Numbered from the stretch's first letter, positions 32,310 to 46,389 are shown. The stretch is DNA of 64,000 nt from Lama guanicoe (GCA_013239625.1 MU053588.1:2242508-2306507), one strand, 5' to 3'. Notes: a model not told the origin generated them from the letters alone. A program made the numbers and translations.

Positions 32310-35300
32310 ATTGATTGATTCAAACATTCATCTGTTCATTTATTCATTCAACATTCACAGGTCCTTGATGGCAGGCCTTTGGCTGGGCACTGGGGACACT
32401 GACAGAGCTAAATCACTATGGGGGGGCAGGTTCAGGACAGGATTTCTGGAGGAGATGACATCTGAAGTCAAACTGGAGAGCTGAGGAGGAAGGAGCTGGG
32501 TACAAACGCAGGGAAGAGGCTTCCAGGCGGGGGTGGGGGGGAGGTACACGGACAAAGTATCAGAGCGGAGAGAGGGAGCAGTACTTCATCCAGTGTCAGC
32601 AAACAGTTAATGAGCACCTGGATGGTGGTGGATGGTGCTGGGGACACAATGTGACCAAGATAGCCCGGGGCTGCTTTTACAGAGTTCACAGTCCAACAGG
32701 GAGCCAGACTCAGAGTGGCCAGGTTTGTGATGGGGGAATCTCAGGCAGAGAGGTCAGGACCTTGCTGGGGAAGCCCAGGAAAGGTAGCTGCTTCAACTGA
32801 GGAAGGGAGGTCGGGGAAGTCTTCCTGGAGGAGGGGACATGTGAGCTGAGAATTGAGTGGCCCACAGGAACCAGGCAAGCGAAGAGGGAGTGGAACAGCT
32901 TTATGGGCAGAAGGAACAGCCTGTGCAAAGGCTCTGAATCCAGACAGAGCTCAACACATAGGAAATTTCCATGAGCTGAGAACTGTGTCCTTGCTCGTGG
33001 CTATGTCCCTAGGGCCACAAGTGCCCCTTCCTTTGTATCTCCTCATTTATACATTTATTCACCGGTTATTCACAGACACCTCCGCTGTAATCATCCTTGG
33101 GCTGAGCAGTGCTGGGGACACAGCAGTGACTATGATGGTGCCTTCACAGAACTCACAGTCCAAGGGGGGTCAGATGTTAAAGAAGCAATCAACAAAACGA
33201 GAGTATAATTACACACTGAGCTAAGAGCTATGAGAAACAGAACCAGATCTATAAGAGGGGCCTGGCACATTGATATTATCAGAAAGAGCAAGGAGGGCTT
33301 CTTGGAGGAGGTAACATTTGAGCTGGCACCTGAAGGATACATAGGAGTTCATGCTGGTGGTGGATAAATGAGAGTAGGTTGCAGGGTGAGGAGAAGCAGT
33401 GGGGAGGGCCATAGTCAGCAAGGCCCTGAGGAGGGGCTGAGACTTTGTCCTGAGAGCCCTGGGTACTTCCAGGAGGGACAATCAGAGCTGAGTTTTAAGT
33501 ATTTGAGGGGGAAAGAGTCTGACTACAGGCGAGGCTAGAGCCGGGAGGAAAATTCACCCCTCTCTGCTCAGGGTCCAACAGACAAGGAGGCTGTTACAGG
33601 CTCTCCTGTCTCTCTCCGTGTATCAGAGGACAGATATCCTTGCTGGTTCCCAATCTTTGGGGACAAGCATTCAGTCTTTTGTCAGGAAGTAAGATGTTAA
33701 CTGTACATTTTTTGCAGCTGCCCTCTAGCAGGTGCAGGAAGCTTCCTTTCCGAGTTTGCTGTGAGCTTTCTGTGGTGAATGATGTGTTTCCCTCTCTGTC
33801 TCTGTGTCTCTGTGTCCTTATTCCTTGTCTCTCTCTCTGTCCGTGTCTCTGTCTCATTCTCTCTGTGTCTGTTTCTCTCTTTTTCTGTCTCTCTCTCTAT
33901 CTCTTGCTTGTCCTCACCCTAGGAGGTGTGGCCACGGGAAGCTGAGTTTAGAGGGTGGCACCAGTGTCCCGGTTCCGGCCAAAGCCACCTCAATAAACAC
34001 AGGACGTCCTGCAGGGCTGGGGAAGGAGGTGGAAAGCTCTCCTCAGGGACCACCCTCTCCTCACCCAGTTGGAGCCGAGCAGGAACCGGGTTCCACCCAG
34101 TGCAGCCCAGGGAAACTGGTATCTCCCTCACCCCTGTCCTTTACACCTGTTCCTGCCCCCTGTCCTCTCTAGTGAGCTCCCGGTCCCAGGGGCCCAGCAG
34201 CCTACATGCCTTCCCCTGGGTGTCCCCCCAGCCCCTGGCACCCACTGTGTCCCTTTCTGGCCTCAGTGTCAACACGAGACCTGCTCCTCTTCCGGGCCAC
34301 CATCCCAACATGGCCCCACCATCCCCAAGTTACCTGGCTAGAGCCCTGGGTCTTGTCCTAGGCCCCTCCTCCACTGCACCTCATCACCCTACAGCCTGTC
34401 CTCTCCAGCATCTCTCATGTCCCCTCCACTCTTCAAGGCTGCTCTGTCCCTCCCTGGCCTCCCCTCTGGGCTCCTGGCCTCCAGTCTCACTCTCTCACCA
34501 CCACATCCACATGGCAGCCAGAGAGACCCATTTACTTCTAGATTCCTTTACCCTACTGCCTTCAGAGGAAAGTCCCCATCCTTGTGTGCCCTGGCCCCTG
34601 CCAACGCCTCCAGCTCCATCACTTCCCTTACTGCAGTTTCTCTCTTTCCAATCAAACCCAGCAGCTTACAGATCCCTGAAAAGATTGTAGGATCCCTCAC
34701 TTTCTAACTCTTGCACCTGCTGTTCCCTCTGCCTAGAACACTCTCCCCTCAGAACAACAACCCTCTGAGGTGGGTACTGTTACTGTCCCAGCTTACAGAT
34801 GAGGACCCTGAGGCCCAGAGAAATTAAGTATCTGGCCAAGAGTCACACAGCCACAAAATGGCAAAGCAAAGGTTCAAATGCAGGTGGTCTGGCTTTCAAC
34901 ACAATCTCTCTTTATTGAGTCAATAATCATTGACTAAGTGTCATTAGGTTTCCGCACCAGGACTGCAGACTGCAGGTGTTCAGTAAATGTTCACTGAATG
35001 AGTGAATGGAACGGGGCGGAAGGTGAGGGTTCAGATCCCCGAGGACCAGGATAAACTCTGAGGACCCAGAGCAAGGGAGAGATGTGGTCAGATTTGCCTT
35101 TGGGTAGGTACCCATGATTCTTTGCTGAATGAGGGAAGGAAAGGAGGGAGGAGGGAGAAGGAGACCAAGGACATCTCTCCCAGGTGATGGAGGAGAGAAG
35201 TGTTTGTGTGATGGTCCCTGTGAATGCCCATGGAGGGGAGCTAGCCTGGCGAGTGTCGTAATGGGAACACAGAGAGGCTCTGTGAAAAGCAGCAGCAGCA

Positions 35301-37346
35301 CCAGGGCTGGCAGCTCAGTTAGGAATGGTGTGGGCCCTGGAATCTGCTGGCTGAGGTAGCCTGGCCTCCTGGGGTTGAGCCTGAGGGCGGAGGGGCACAC
35401 CAGAGCCAGGGAGCCTGCACAGTTGTCCGGGGGGTCAGACATGAGGAAAGTGGGGCAGGTCTTCAGGCACTGGCTGTTCATAAACCTAAGGGCACTGGTG
35501 GTGGTGGGGAACCAGTGCTGATCAAGCCCATATGGTGCTTTTGTGCAAAAGGCATGCCCCTTCCCCAAGGCACTTGACCTCCATCTGCTGGGAAACTGTT
35601 GTAATAAATATGGAAATGCATGATGCCTAAGACGTGTGGTAGTCCCCTAAATACGGAGCCTATGCGCAGTGCACAAGCCCTGCAACTGTACGCAGAGGTT
35701 CTGGGCAAAGGGGAACATTGCTGGCCCAACAGGCACAGGGGCAGACGGGAGCGTCGTTGACAGATGGGTAAGCTGTCTGTTTCAATAGGTATCACAGGTT
35801 ATCCCCCAGTTTGGCACCCAGAGACATCAGAAACAGGTCTTCAGGGTGTTATGAACGGAAGGCATTGCTGAGCCCACACACGGAACTCCTTGACCACTGG
35901 TCAGATCTCTAGGGACTCTTAAGACGATGGCATGACAGACCCCAAGACTAGACACCAGGGGGCATTGCTGAGCTCAGCCCAAACTCCCAAGGTCCGGGTC
36001 TGGGTCAAAATCGAGTCTGAGTCCCATTGCCCAGCGTCTGGAGTCACTAGGTTTTGGAATCAGACACCCAGAAGCCCCTCAGCCTGGGCACCAGCTCCCT
36101 TTGGGCCATTTTCACTCCCCTCCCCGGGCCACCTCAGCCACTTCCAGAAATGGGCACGACTTCCTCTGCTCCTCCAGGAAGCTTCATTCTGCCCGCCCCT
36201 TCCAGGCCCGAGGGGCTGGCCGCAGTTGCCCGCCTTCCCCCGCCCCCGCTCCCCCCTCCCCAGTTCCACCCCAGCTTCAGCCTCCCTGAAGCTTCCGGCC
36301 AGAGTGGAGGCGCCGGGGCCCCACAATTTTTATGTCCCTCTGCCGGGGTTTCCCGCATTCGAGGCCCCGCCAGTCCCTCAGGTCACCCACCGTCCTAACC
36401 TACCCCGCCCCCCGCCCAGTACCTCGGGCGCTGCCCTGCCCCCACGGCCGCCAGGAAGGACGCCGCCTGGGTCCCGTGCCAGGCCTCTGAGTGTGCGGCC
36501 CCTCCCAGCCGGGCCAGGAATGCGGCTGGACGGCGGGGGCGGCGCAGACACCCGGAGCTCAGGCCGGCCCCATCACCCAGGCTGTCAGGCAGGTGGCCCC
36601 AGCTCGTTGGGGCCTAAGTTTCTTCTAGAAGGAAAGCAGGATCGCCTGCCTTTCCATCAGGCCACCAAACTTGGTGGCTTTATTTCGGAATCAGCCTCTA
36701 AGCTGCCTTATCCCTTGCCTGCCCAAAGAGAGATTTGAGGCCCGGAGTGGATTTTATTTTTTAAAACTTGCTGGAGTCTCCCTTTTTTCACCATTTTCCT
36801 GGAGAGCTAGCTCTCAGTGCTCCTTGGAGAGACTCCATCTAGCCTTCAGCTTTGTGCTTTTATTTCCGGCTCATTCTGAATTCAAGCTCCGTTTTGCCTC
36901 CACACCCAGCTCCCAAGACACAGGTACACCCCAGGGAAGGACTAGATTTCGTTTTTAAAAAGTGGCCTGTGGCTTCTCCTCCACCACCACCACCACCACT
37001 ATGTATACACACAGGCACATCAGGGAAACCTGGTTGAGTGTATGCCGGGGGTTTTCTAGAGGACCAGTTACCAGACCTAATTGGACTGCTTCTCAGACCA
37101 AAAAGCAGTAAAGTTTCAAACCTATCTCAAGTGATGACCTCTTGCAGCCTCAACTTTCTCAACAATAAAATGGGATAATAATAATGTCCATCTTCTTAAG
37201 AGGATTAAATGAATTAACACACATCAAATGCTTAGAGCCACGCTGGATGCACAGTACCCGGTGGATAAATGTTAGAGGTTATTATATCACCTCACCTTAG
37301 CCCAGAAACAAAGCAATACACAGACTTGAGACATCCCAAGACTGGC

Positions 37347-37352
37347 TTTAAT
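37347..37352 (-). terminator. Probable SERTAD1 polyadenylation signal ATTAAA
   Basis: tttaat on + strand about 310 nt beyond the stop. Confidence 0.6.
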
Positions 37353-37660
37353 TTCAAAAACCTGGTTGGGGTCTCTCCCTACATAAGGAAAAGTGTATAC
37401 CAGGCTATGACCCCCAGGGATTCAGCACTGGGCCTGGTCCAATCCCATTCCAGCCACCAGGCCCTGTCATTTCATCATGAGGGCCAATCCCAGACTGCCC
37501 CCATCAGCCAGAGACAAGAGGACGGAGGTGAAATTGCCCAGGACTGGATTCTTTCTCTCCAAAGCCCCTATCTAGGGGAGCTAGCTATGTCTTTCCAAGG
37601 AGAGTTGCTCCAGCCATCAGGCTCAGTTTGGACAGAAGATCAACATCCCAGCCCTGGGGG

Positions 37661-38377
37661 TCAGCGCCCTGGCCCTGGTGGCCGCTCCAGTGCCTGTGTG
37701 CCCACCAGCACGTCCATGAGGTAGTCCAGCTCGGCCTCATCCAGCTCTGGAGCTTCCTCCTTGCCTGGCCCATCCTCAGGGCTGGGTTTGTGGCCCTCAG
37801 AGACTGGTGCCCAAAATTCACTGTCATACATGGAGGTGTCAATGTCCTCGAATAGGCCCTCGAGCCCATCGTCCAGCAGACAGCCAGTGGCTGGGCCCAG
37901 CAGGTCCAAGGCACCCAGGCTGGGTGGGGCTGCCCCACTGGGGCGGCCTGGCGGCCCCTCGTCTACCAAGGGTTGGGGGGCCTGGCTCAGGCCCTCAATA
38001 TGGCTGAGGTCCTCCAGGAGGCTGGCCATGGAGGCTGAGAGTGCGGCGTCCGAGCTGGCCAGCAGGTTATCAGCTATGCCAGGGGCTGTAGGTGGGCTGG
38101 GCACAGGCGGCAGGGTAGCTGCTGGTGCCATGGATGCCTGGATTCGCCGCAGTGTGTTCACTACCAGCACCAGGTGCCGCAGGTCTGGCTCACTCTGCCG
38201 CAGGCTGTGGTGGAGCTTGAGCACTGAAAGGTCAAAGAGGGAACTGGAGGCCACAGCCGGGGGTGCTTGTGCCACTGCTGGGTGGCCAGGTTCCAGCCAC
38301 CAGGCGTCAACTGCCAGGGCTTCCTTCTCCTCCTCCTCCTCCTCCCGCTTGCGCTTCAGGCCCTTGCTCAGCATCAT
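37661..38377 (-). CDS. SERTAD1: SERTA domain-containing protein 1 (TRIP-Br1/SEI-1), single coding exon
   Basis: Acceptor ccccacag| immediately before ATGATG (38377; second ATG 38374). MLSKGLKRKREEEE..., SERTA domain SLFDLSVLKLHHSLRQSEPDLRHLVLVVNTLRRIQ, C-terminal ELDYLMDVLVG. Confidence 0.96.
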   Translation of the reverse strand: MMLSKGLKRKREEEEEEKEALAVDAWWLEPGHPAVAQAPPAVASSSLFDLSVLKLHHSLRQSEPDLRHLVLVVNTLRRIQASMAPAATLPPVPSPPTAPGIADNLLASSDAALSASMASLLEDLSHIEGLSQAPQPLVDEGPPGRPSGAAPPSLGALDLLGPATGCLLDDGLEGLFEDIDTSMYDSEFWAPVSEGHKPSPEDGPGKEEAPELDEAELDYLMDVLVGTQALERPPGPGR

Positions 38378-39479
38378 CTGTGGGGAGCGAGAAGTCATTC
38401 AGTTATGGAAAGCCAATGTGAAGTTCTGATGCCTGTGTGATCTTGGGCAAATCACTTAGCCTCTCTGAGCCTAGGCTTTCTTAGGGAAACTTTTGAGAGC
38501 TGAATGATAATTGTATCTATTTCATAAAGTTGTTGGAAGGAATAAATGAGATAATATACAAAAAGCACTTTACAACGGTGTCTGGTACATAGCAATTACT
38601 CCTATGAATAAGTATTATTCATAATAACTATGATTATTTATTTCTTCAATGAACCATGTGAAATGTCCAATATTTAACCTTTTTTTAACCTACAAAAGCA
38701 GCTGTTTCATATGGTTTAATCTAATATTTATTGACTGTCTAATTGTATCAGACAGTAAATAAATAAACAATTACAGGAAATGTACAGATGGTGCTAGGAA
38801 GATACTAAAAGGTTCTGGAGAGTCGTTAGGGAAGGCTCCTCTGAGGAGGTGACATTTGAACTGAGCCCTCAAGTACGAGAAGGAATCAGCCAGGGAGGAA
38901 CTGGGGGGAGGCATTCTGGGAATAAAGAACGACGGCAAAGGCAAAGAGACCTAGAGGCTTGATGAGCTTGAACTGAAAAAAGACTCCATGGTCAGTGCAC
39001 AGAGCGACACAGTATGGGGTGAGGGGGCAAGTTCGAGAGTAGGCAGAGGCGAGGAACTTGGATTTTAAGCAGGAAGGAATGCGGTGTTGTGGACTGGTTA
39101 GGTTTCCAGAATATCCCCTTGGCTGTTACGAGGAAGTGGGGAAGGTTGTTGGGAAGGTGGGGAGATCCATTCTGAGGCTACTGCACTCTGGGGTGGGCGA
39201 TGGTGGAGACTTGGGAGTATAAAATAGTAGTGGACATGGAAGGAAGTTGGATTTAGGATTTATTTGCGAAGCAGAGTGGACAGAGCTTGCCGGAAAATCC
39301 TGATGGGCACGGGGGTCAATGAGAGAAGTTTGAGGACCCACTTTTCCCGGGGCGGGTGCCCCTGGCCCAATCTGCTTTTTAAAAGACAGACAGCCTGCAG
39401 GGCACAGTACCTAGACCCTTGCCCAGTAGGACATTTGGAGTGACCCTTCTCACTACTCAAAACTGGGTCTCCCCTCCTT

Positions 39480-40400
39480 CCTAGCCGACCTGGGAGTCCG
39501 GAACCACAGGAATTCAGCCCCCACCCCCGACTCCGCCCCCTGGTCCCTGCGCCCCCTAGCGGCGCCAGGCCGGCTTTCCCCCGGGGATTCCGGCTCCTCA
39601 AACCCAGGGACCCTTTACACTGCCCGGCGGGACGCGGCGTTCTTGCCTGCCGCTCGGGAAGTTGAGGGCCGGGATCCCCGGAGGGCTGTTCTGCCCTCTT
39701 GGCCTCCGCTCACTTCCGGAAGGCAGTGGAGGCGACTCCTCCCGAAGCGGCGGCGGCGGCGGCGGCGGGGGCGGGTGAGTCACGCAGCCGGAGCCAGGGA
39801 GCCGGCGCCTCCGCCCCCTTCCCCGGCTGCGGCGTGATTCACCCGGCCCGGCCGGGGCGGGCGGCACATAGAGGCCCGCGCGTCTCGATCCCGGGCAGCC
39901 CTGGCACGCACCTGCCGGACCCGGGGATCGAACATGCTAAATGACCCCGTGGCCAGTACCCCTACTTTCCCTAGGCCTCTTCCCTTCATTTACATACCCA
40001 GCTCACCAGTTGCCAATCAGAACGAAGAGGGAGCCACCCGCAGCCAATCAGGAAGCGGTGGCGGCAGCATTGCTCGCTCACTCTCCTTCAGCAACCGGCG
40101 CCTGGGTCGAGAGACGCAGTTCTGACTTCGGCGCACGACTCCAGGCTCCCGACTCTCCTTAGCTACTGCCCACTTTCGTGGTGGCTCCGCCCTCCACCCA
40201 GGGATTGGTCCTAGACAGTGATGGGCGGGGCCTGTAGGGGGCCGTTTAGAAGGGAGGAGAAGTTGGCTTCAGAGCGCATGTCCCGGAGACTTAGCGAGGG
40301 GGGAGAAAGCAGAGTAACTATTTGTCCTGTGGGATAGCGGCGGGGTGGGATTTTTGTCTCTCGAGGCGCGGGCCCCTCACACCTGCCTACGCACCTGCCA
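39480..40400. promoter_or_regulatory. CpG island: SERTAD1 promoter and non-coding exon 1
   Basis: Dense CpG, (GGC)n at about 39748-39768, CCAAT boxes (40012, 40044, 40203) and a GC box at 40224; likely exon-1 donor TGG|gtatgt at 39998/39997 on the minus strand. Confidence 0.8.
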
Positions 40401-40999
40401 AACCCAGCACTGAATTTCGTATGCATCCAGCGCCAACAGAGGACTACACTCTAGGCCAGATAGTCCTAGGTTCAAATTCTGACTCGATGTGTGACCTTGG
40501 AAAAATGTTTGACATCTCTGAGCCACACAAAGCATGTTAAATGGGATCTTTTTAGCCTACTTCTTGACAGTTAGGAAAATTAAAATAAGGTCGTATCAGA
40601 TTCAGCAAATGCTGGGCGGTTGGACTCAATCTTGGTTACAAATGGGACTAGGAGGGTGGGGGTGGGATGCCACTGGAGTCCCATCCTGGGCTCCATTTCC
40701 TGAGTAGCTGTGTGACCCTGGGCAAATGTTTTAATCCTTTAGGAGGGTCTCAGTTTCCTTACCTTTAAAAGAGAAACAGCGTCTGGCTCAGAAGATTGTT
40801 TTGAGGATTAACTAGAACAATTCGTACAAAGTACTCAGAATGGCGTGTAACATGTCCTTTTGTTAGTAGTAGTGGCTGTTGTGGTAATAGCACAGGCTCT
40901 TAGTTAAAGGGGAGACATGCAGGGTGGGCTGCAGGTAGACAGCAATTTAATACTTGTCCCATAAATTGACAATGGGACTTACCTGCAAGTAGCTCATCT

Positions 41000-41970
41000 G
41001 CTAACTCCTTTGGTGCTTTGGGAAGAACTGTTTGTGAACAAAGCTCTGGACCAAAGTAAGCTAGCAGAAATGCTAACCAGACTTGCTGAGTCAGGCAGCC
41101 ACTATCAATGGATGCTCAACCCTTAGGGTGAAAAGTTAGTGGGGAACAGAATCTTGATAGCTTCCAAAGCATCAATGCATAGATGACTTGCTAACTGCAA
41201 AGAGGGAAATGTCCTTTTATGATGTGGAAATGTGGTGCTCACCACCTTAACCATGTAGTGAAACTTTCTATCCACAGTAGTGGGACACCCTGACACTGGG
41301 TAGCACCTGATACAAATTCATTAGGAAGTACAAACATTCCTGGTGGAGCCTCCATGTTAAATTTCATGAATTGAGTCTCATCAAGTGTCTAGACCCAACC
41401 TCAGCTTATAGGGAACAGAGTAACAAATTAAACACAAGCACAATCAGACAAATACAGAACGTGAGATATCTACAGCACAACTGTGTTGCTCTAACCAAAA
41501 ATTCAATTTCAAGAAGACACAGGAAGGGATTGCTAGGGTTGAGGAGGGGAGAGGATGTTGCAGAATAAAAGATACTGTAAAATTTAATTATTAAACCAAA
41601 TAGGCATGTGAATCTGCATTAGATCCTGATCTGGGGAAAAAAACTTCTATACAAGATATTCTTGGGGAAATTTGAATATAGATTGGATAGTAGATGATAT
41701 TATGGAATTTTTGTTTCTCTTAGATGTGATATAGTTTTGTGGTTTGTAGGTGAGTGTCCTTCATCTTAAGAAATGCCTGCTGAGCTATTATATTAGGGGT
41801 AGAGTGTCAAGATGTCTGCACTTTACTCTCCAATAGTTCAGCAAAAGAAAAAATGTGCATATACACATATACATATGCAGTTAAAGGAAACTTAAAATGT
41901 TAACAATTAAACATAGGTGGGAGAGTATTCAAATCTTTTCTATGTGCTTGAAATTTTTCATAATAAAAAG
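41000..41970 (+). mobile_element. Old L1 3'UTR fragments (L1MC/ME-like; boundaries approximate)
   Basis: AT-rich; motifs such as tggggaaatttgaatatagattggatagtagatgatatt and gaaatttttcataataaaaa. Confidence 0.55.
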
Positions 41971-44900
41971 AGGGTCAAATGCTAAGTAGAACCAGGCTCC
42001 TGCTAGGCAAATTCACATAATTTCCCTCATACCCTATTTTTTTGGCCTGGGAAGAGGGAGGCTCACAGTCTCCCAGTGGCTCTTTCCAGATCATACAGGG
42101 AAGAAGAACTCACAGAAGTCTGAGGAGTTCAACATGTATTTATTGACCCTACTATGTCCCGGGCACAGTTGCAGACAATGAGGGTACAGCATTGCATATG
42201 CCTCACGGAGTCTCTCTCCTCACAGATCAGGGGAGAGGGGCGGAAAGAGAAAAGAAACATGAAAACAAACGAATCAAGCAATTTCTATGTGCCAGGCACT
42301 GTTAAGGCACTGAAGGTATGGCAGTAAAATTATAAACAAAAATCCCTAATGTGAGGAGGTGGACAATAAACTTAATAAAGCAATTATTTAGTATCTTAGA
42401 AGGTGACAAGTGAAAAGGAAAAGCAGAGCTGGAGGAGAGTGATGAAAGGGTGTGCACTTTGGACAGGGAGCTGGTGGGGATCCAGGGGTCTCTGAAGAGG
42501 TGACATTGAGTAGAAACCTGATGAAATGGGAGTAGTAGTAAAGCTCTGGAAAAAGAGTGTTCCAACCAGAAGGAGGTATCAGTGCAAAGGCCCTGAGGCT
42601 CAGGGTGCTACCTGTCTTTGACCCACAGCAAGGCTAGCGTAGCCGGACTGTATGCTGCCGGGGAGGAGGTCGGAGAAGTTTCTAGGCCCTTTGGAGCACC
42701 CTACGGACCTTTGTTTTTCATTCTGAGTAGGATGAGGAATCCCTGGAAGATGAATAGAAGAGGCAGATAATTTCTGCTTCTGTTCAGCGACTTGAAGAAA
42801 ACAAATAGGACGGGAAAACAGAGAGGTCAGGGGAGAGGTACCTGTAGCTAGGGTGGTCCGGGAGAGCTTCCCAGAGGAGGTGACATTGGAGTTGGGACCT
42901 GAAAGTGGAGAAGGAGCCAGGAATTCAAAGGGCTGGGGGAAGGGAGAAAGAGAGAGCCCGGGCCTCGGGAAATGAAACCAGAAGCGAAGCCACCGGCCTG
43001 GCAGGCCAGGGGAGGAGCCGCAGCCAGCTGGGGAGGGAGGGGGTTCGGGGAGCGCCCCGCCAGCAGCCGCCCGCCCCACCCGGCCCCTGGGGAGGGAGGA
43101 GGCGCCGGCTGGGCTCCCGGGTCGGCAGCCTGACTGCCAGCTCGGGGCGGAGGGTGAGCAGGTGGGAGGGACCGAGGTGGCCGAGGCCCATCCCCCACCG
43201 CGGGACGGCGGGGGAAGGCAGGTTGGGGAACGTGGACTCTGCCCTCAGGGACCCGGTTTCCTCTGCGGGGCCACCCTTTCTACTTCTCTCGCCAGTTCCC
43301 TGACTTCTCTCTCTGGGCCTCTCTGAACCTCAGTTTGATCATCTGGAAAGTAGGGGTGCTCCTCATACTGGCCTCACTGATACTAACAGGCTCTGCGATC
43401 CCGCTTCTCTCCTGTATCTTTAGGGCAAAGAGAGCCTATGTAAAAGTGACTCAGGTCTCCTTCCTCCACTGCTCAACACCCTCCCAAGCCTCTCATTTCA
43501 CTCAGGGTAAAGCTCAAGTCCTCCCTGTGGGACTCCCACAAGACACTACATGATTTGTCTCCCTCAACTCTTTCACCCTATCTCCTAGGACTCTTCCCCT
43601 TGCTCCCTTTACTCCAGCCACACAGACCTCCAAAGGGTCCCTCAGACATTCCACTCATCCTCAGACCACCGGGCCTTTGCACTGGATGTTCCTGCTGTGG
43701 GGATTGTTTCTCCACAGATTCACACGGCTCACCTCTCACTTCCTTCCGGTCTTTCTCAAATGTCATCTTGTCAGGGAGACCTTCTCTGGCCATCCATCTA
43801 AATAGTGACACCCCCATCACTTTCCTGCTTTCTTTTTCTCCACACTATTTATCACCACTTGACAGATTGTACATTTTACTGTCTATTTTAGTAAACAGTA
43901 CACACTCGTGTTTATTTCAGCCTTCTCCCACTGTGATAACTTTACCAGAGCAGGGACTCTGTTTTGTTCATGCACCTGGGAGAGTGCCAGGTCCACAGTA
44001 GGCACTCATTTTGAGCAATTATCGGAATCCTTGGTGTGCAGCAGGCACCCTCTTACACACTTTGCATGCTTGCTCAGTGAGGCAGGTACTACTCCAGGTC
44101 TTGAGGGTGGGACATGGTGCGTTTGAAGAATGGCAGAGGATGGTGTGAGGAAGATGAATTCAGAAAGGTGGGATGGAGGGTTGGCCATTGCAAGGTTGGG
44201 AGTTCATCTTCTCAACAACAGCAAAAAAAAAAAAAATTGTTTTTAGTGCCCCCCTCATTGGTCCCGAGCATAGTTCTATACACTACAACATGACCCTCTC
44301 ACAGATTCCAGCAGACCAGGAGGCTAACCATAAAGAGGTCTTAAATAATTTGAGATTGGTAAGAAAATCAAACAATGTGAAGTGGGGTTGGGGAGAGGCA
44401 CCTCGACACGTTGAGCCAGGAAGGGCAGGGAAGACCTGAGAAGGGGACACTTGGATTGCTGAAACTATGGAGAAAGTGTCCTTTGGGCAGTTAAGAGCAA
44501 GTACAAAGGCCTTGGGGTTAACTGGAGTCACATGAGGAAGGAGAGAACTGAGATTACGCTGGGGAAGTTAGGAGCAAGATTGCCAGGCCTCGCAGGCCTT
44601 GGTGAAGTTGGGGTTTTTATTCGGAGTGTGAGAAGTCACCAGATGTTTTAAGTGGGAGGAAGACATGATCGAATGGGCATCCAACTGAAATATGGACCTC
44701 ATGTGCCTTAAGATCTCCTTGACCACCTCCTCCTCTCTCTCCAGATTGGCACCCACCTGTTAGTTACCTAGCCGATTTTAGATTTAGAGGCAATGCCCCT
44801 TTCAGGGTGAGAATTTTGCTTTGAGCCAGAAAGCAAAGGCAGAACTCCCTCTCCTTTCCCTGTCTATGGGCTACACCCAGGTATGGTTCCTCCTTACAAT

Positions 44901-45215
44901 CCTTCCAGAAAAGTCCTTAATGCTGTGTAAACTTACCTGCTACCATGTCTTCAAAGGTCTTTGTGGGGGCCTAGCCACTGCAGCAGCATATCATAGCGCA
45001 TCTTCCCTGGCCTCCCGTCTTTCCCCCTCACTCTCACCACCCTGGGCTTATACCTCCTAATCATCTGAAACATTAACTTAGCTGGGCTGTGCTTCTTAGC
45101 CAAGTTTTCTAGAAAGATCTGTTTTTAATTCTGGGGGTCTTTGGGCATTTTTTCTCCTCTGGGCCTCAGCGACACATTTCATACAATGAAAGATTTGACT
45201 TAAGTGCCAGAGCCC

Positions 45216-45313
45216 TTTTTTTTTTTTTTTTTTTGAATGGTGGTACTGGGGATTGAAGCCAGGCCCTTGTGCATGGTAAGCATGTGCTTTACCACTGAGC
45301 TATACCCTCCCCC
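45216..45313 (-). mobile_element. tRNA-derived SINE copy
   Basis: Poly-T followed by the reverse-complement consensus; flanking agagccct repeat. Confidence 0.85.
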
Positions 45314-45777
45314 AACAGAGAGCCCTATCCTTTGACTTTAATTCACGTGACCCAGTTTCTCCCTCCTGTGTCCACCTGTGTCTGGGGAGTCTAAGTCTAC
45401 CAAGAAACAACAAATGAAACAGTTAAGTAGGCTCTGGAGGTAGACTGAATTTGAGTTCTAGCTCCTTGGTCCTCACTCTTCCTAGCTGTGTGACCCTGAG
45501 CAAGTGACTTGGCCTCTCTGAACCTCAGGGTTCTCCTATGTAAAACGTGGTTAACAGTATCTATTTCTATATAATCATAAGGATTCAATGACTTAATTCA
45601 AAGAAAGTAGGTAGAACAGTGCTCTTAACAAGCATTCAATAAATGTTATGTTTAATAATATACCTGCCTCAACTTTGACAGGGAAGGGGTACAGGAAATC
45701 ACAGAATTTACTAGGTCTCTCCCATTGACCCACTGAAGTTTAGAAACTTTAGACAACACCATCCCTTCCAAAATACT

Positions 45778-45783
45778 TTTATT
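45778..45783 (-). terminator. SERTAD3 polyadenylation signal AATAAA
   Basis: tttatt on + strand about 600 nt beyond the stop. Confidence 0.75.
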
Positions 45784-46389
45784 AGAAAAAAATCATTACA
45801 AACAAAAAAACCCACCACAAAACCCGCCTTTCTTTTAAATAACGCGGCATGGAGCGGTTTGGTTTCCACCCTATTGCACGTGGTCCGGCCTGGTCATGAA
45901 TCAGGAGGCTGCTGGGACTGGGGTCCTGTGAAGGAGGTGGGGTTCAGCCTGAGGGGAGGAGGCCAGCCCCTCCCACGCCCTGGAGGTGCCAAGAGGCAGA
46001 GGCTGCATTTCCATAGCAACCAGGCAGTACATCCCTGTCATCCTTTGACAGGCCCAGCTTATCTTCCCTGAGGCCCCAGTGGACACAAGGGGAGCAGGAA
46101 CTGGAGGGAAAGGCAAGAAGACATGTGGAAGTGGGAAATCAGACTCCCAGAAACAGAGTCTCATTAAGGCATTTGGAACAGATAAATTAATTCAGGAAGA
46201 CCCACCTTCACAGAAGGCTGCAATAACCAGACACACACACACATGCAAGACAGTTTGTGGAACCCTGAAATGGGAGAAGGGAGGCCACAGTCACTGTTTA
46301 GAGCCCCTGTCAAAACACACCCACAGAATTGCATCCAGGGGTTCAGCCCACCAAGGCTCAGATGAGGAAGGAAGCCCCCTCTAAAAGTT

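Noticed and set aside
35932..36738. 268-aa Pro-rich ORF, and similar ORFs at 33926-34690, 47878-48666 and 22850-23464
   Set aside because: Low-complexity translations of GC-rich regulatory DNA or decayed L2; no family resemblance or supporting gene structure.
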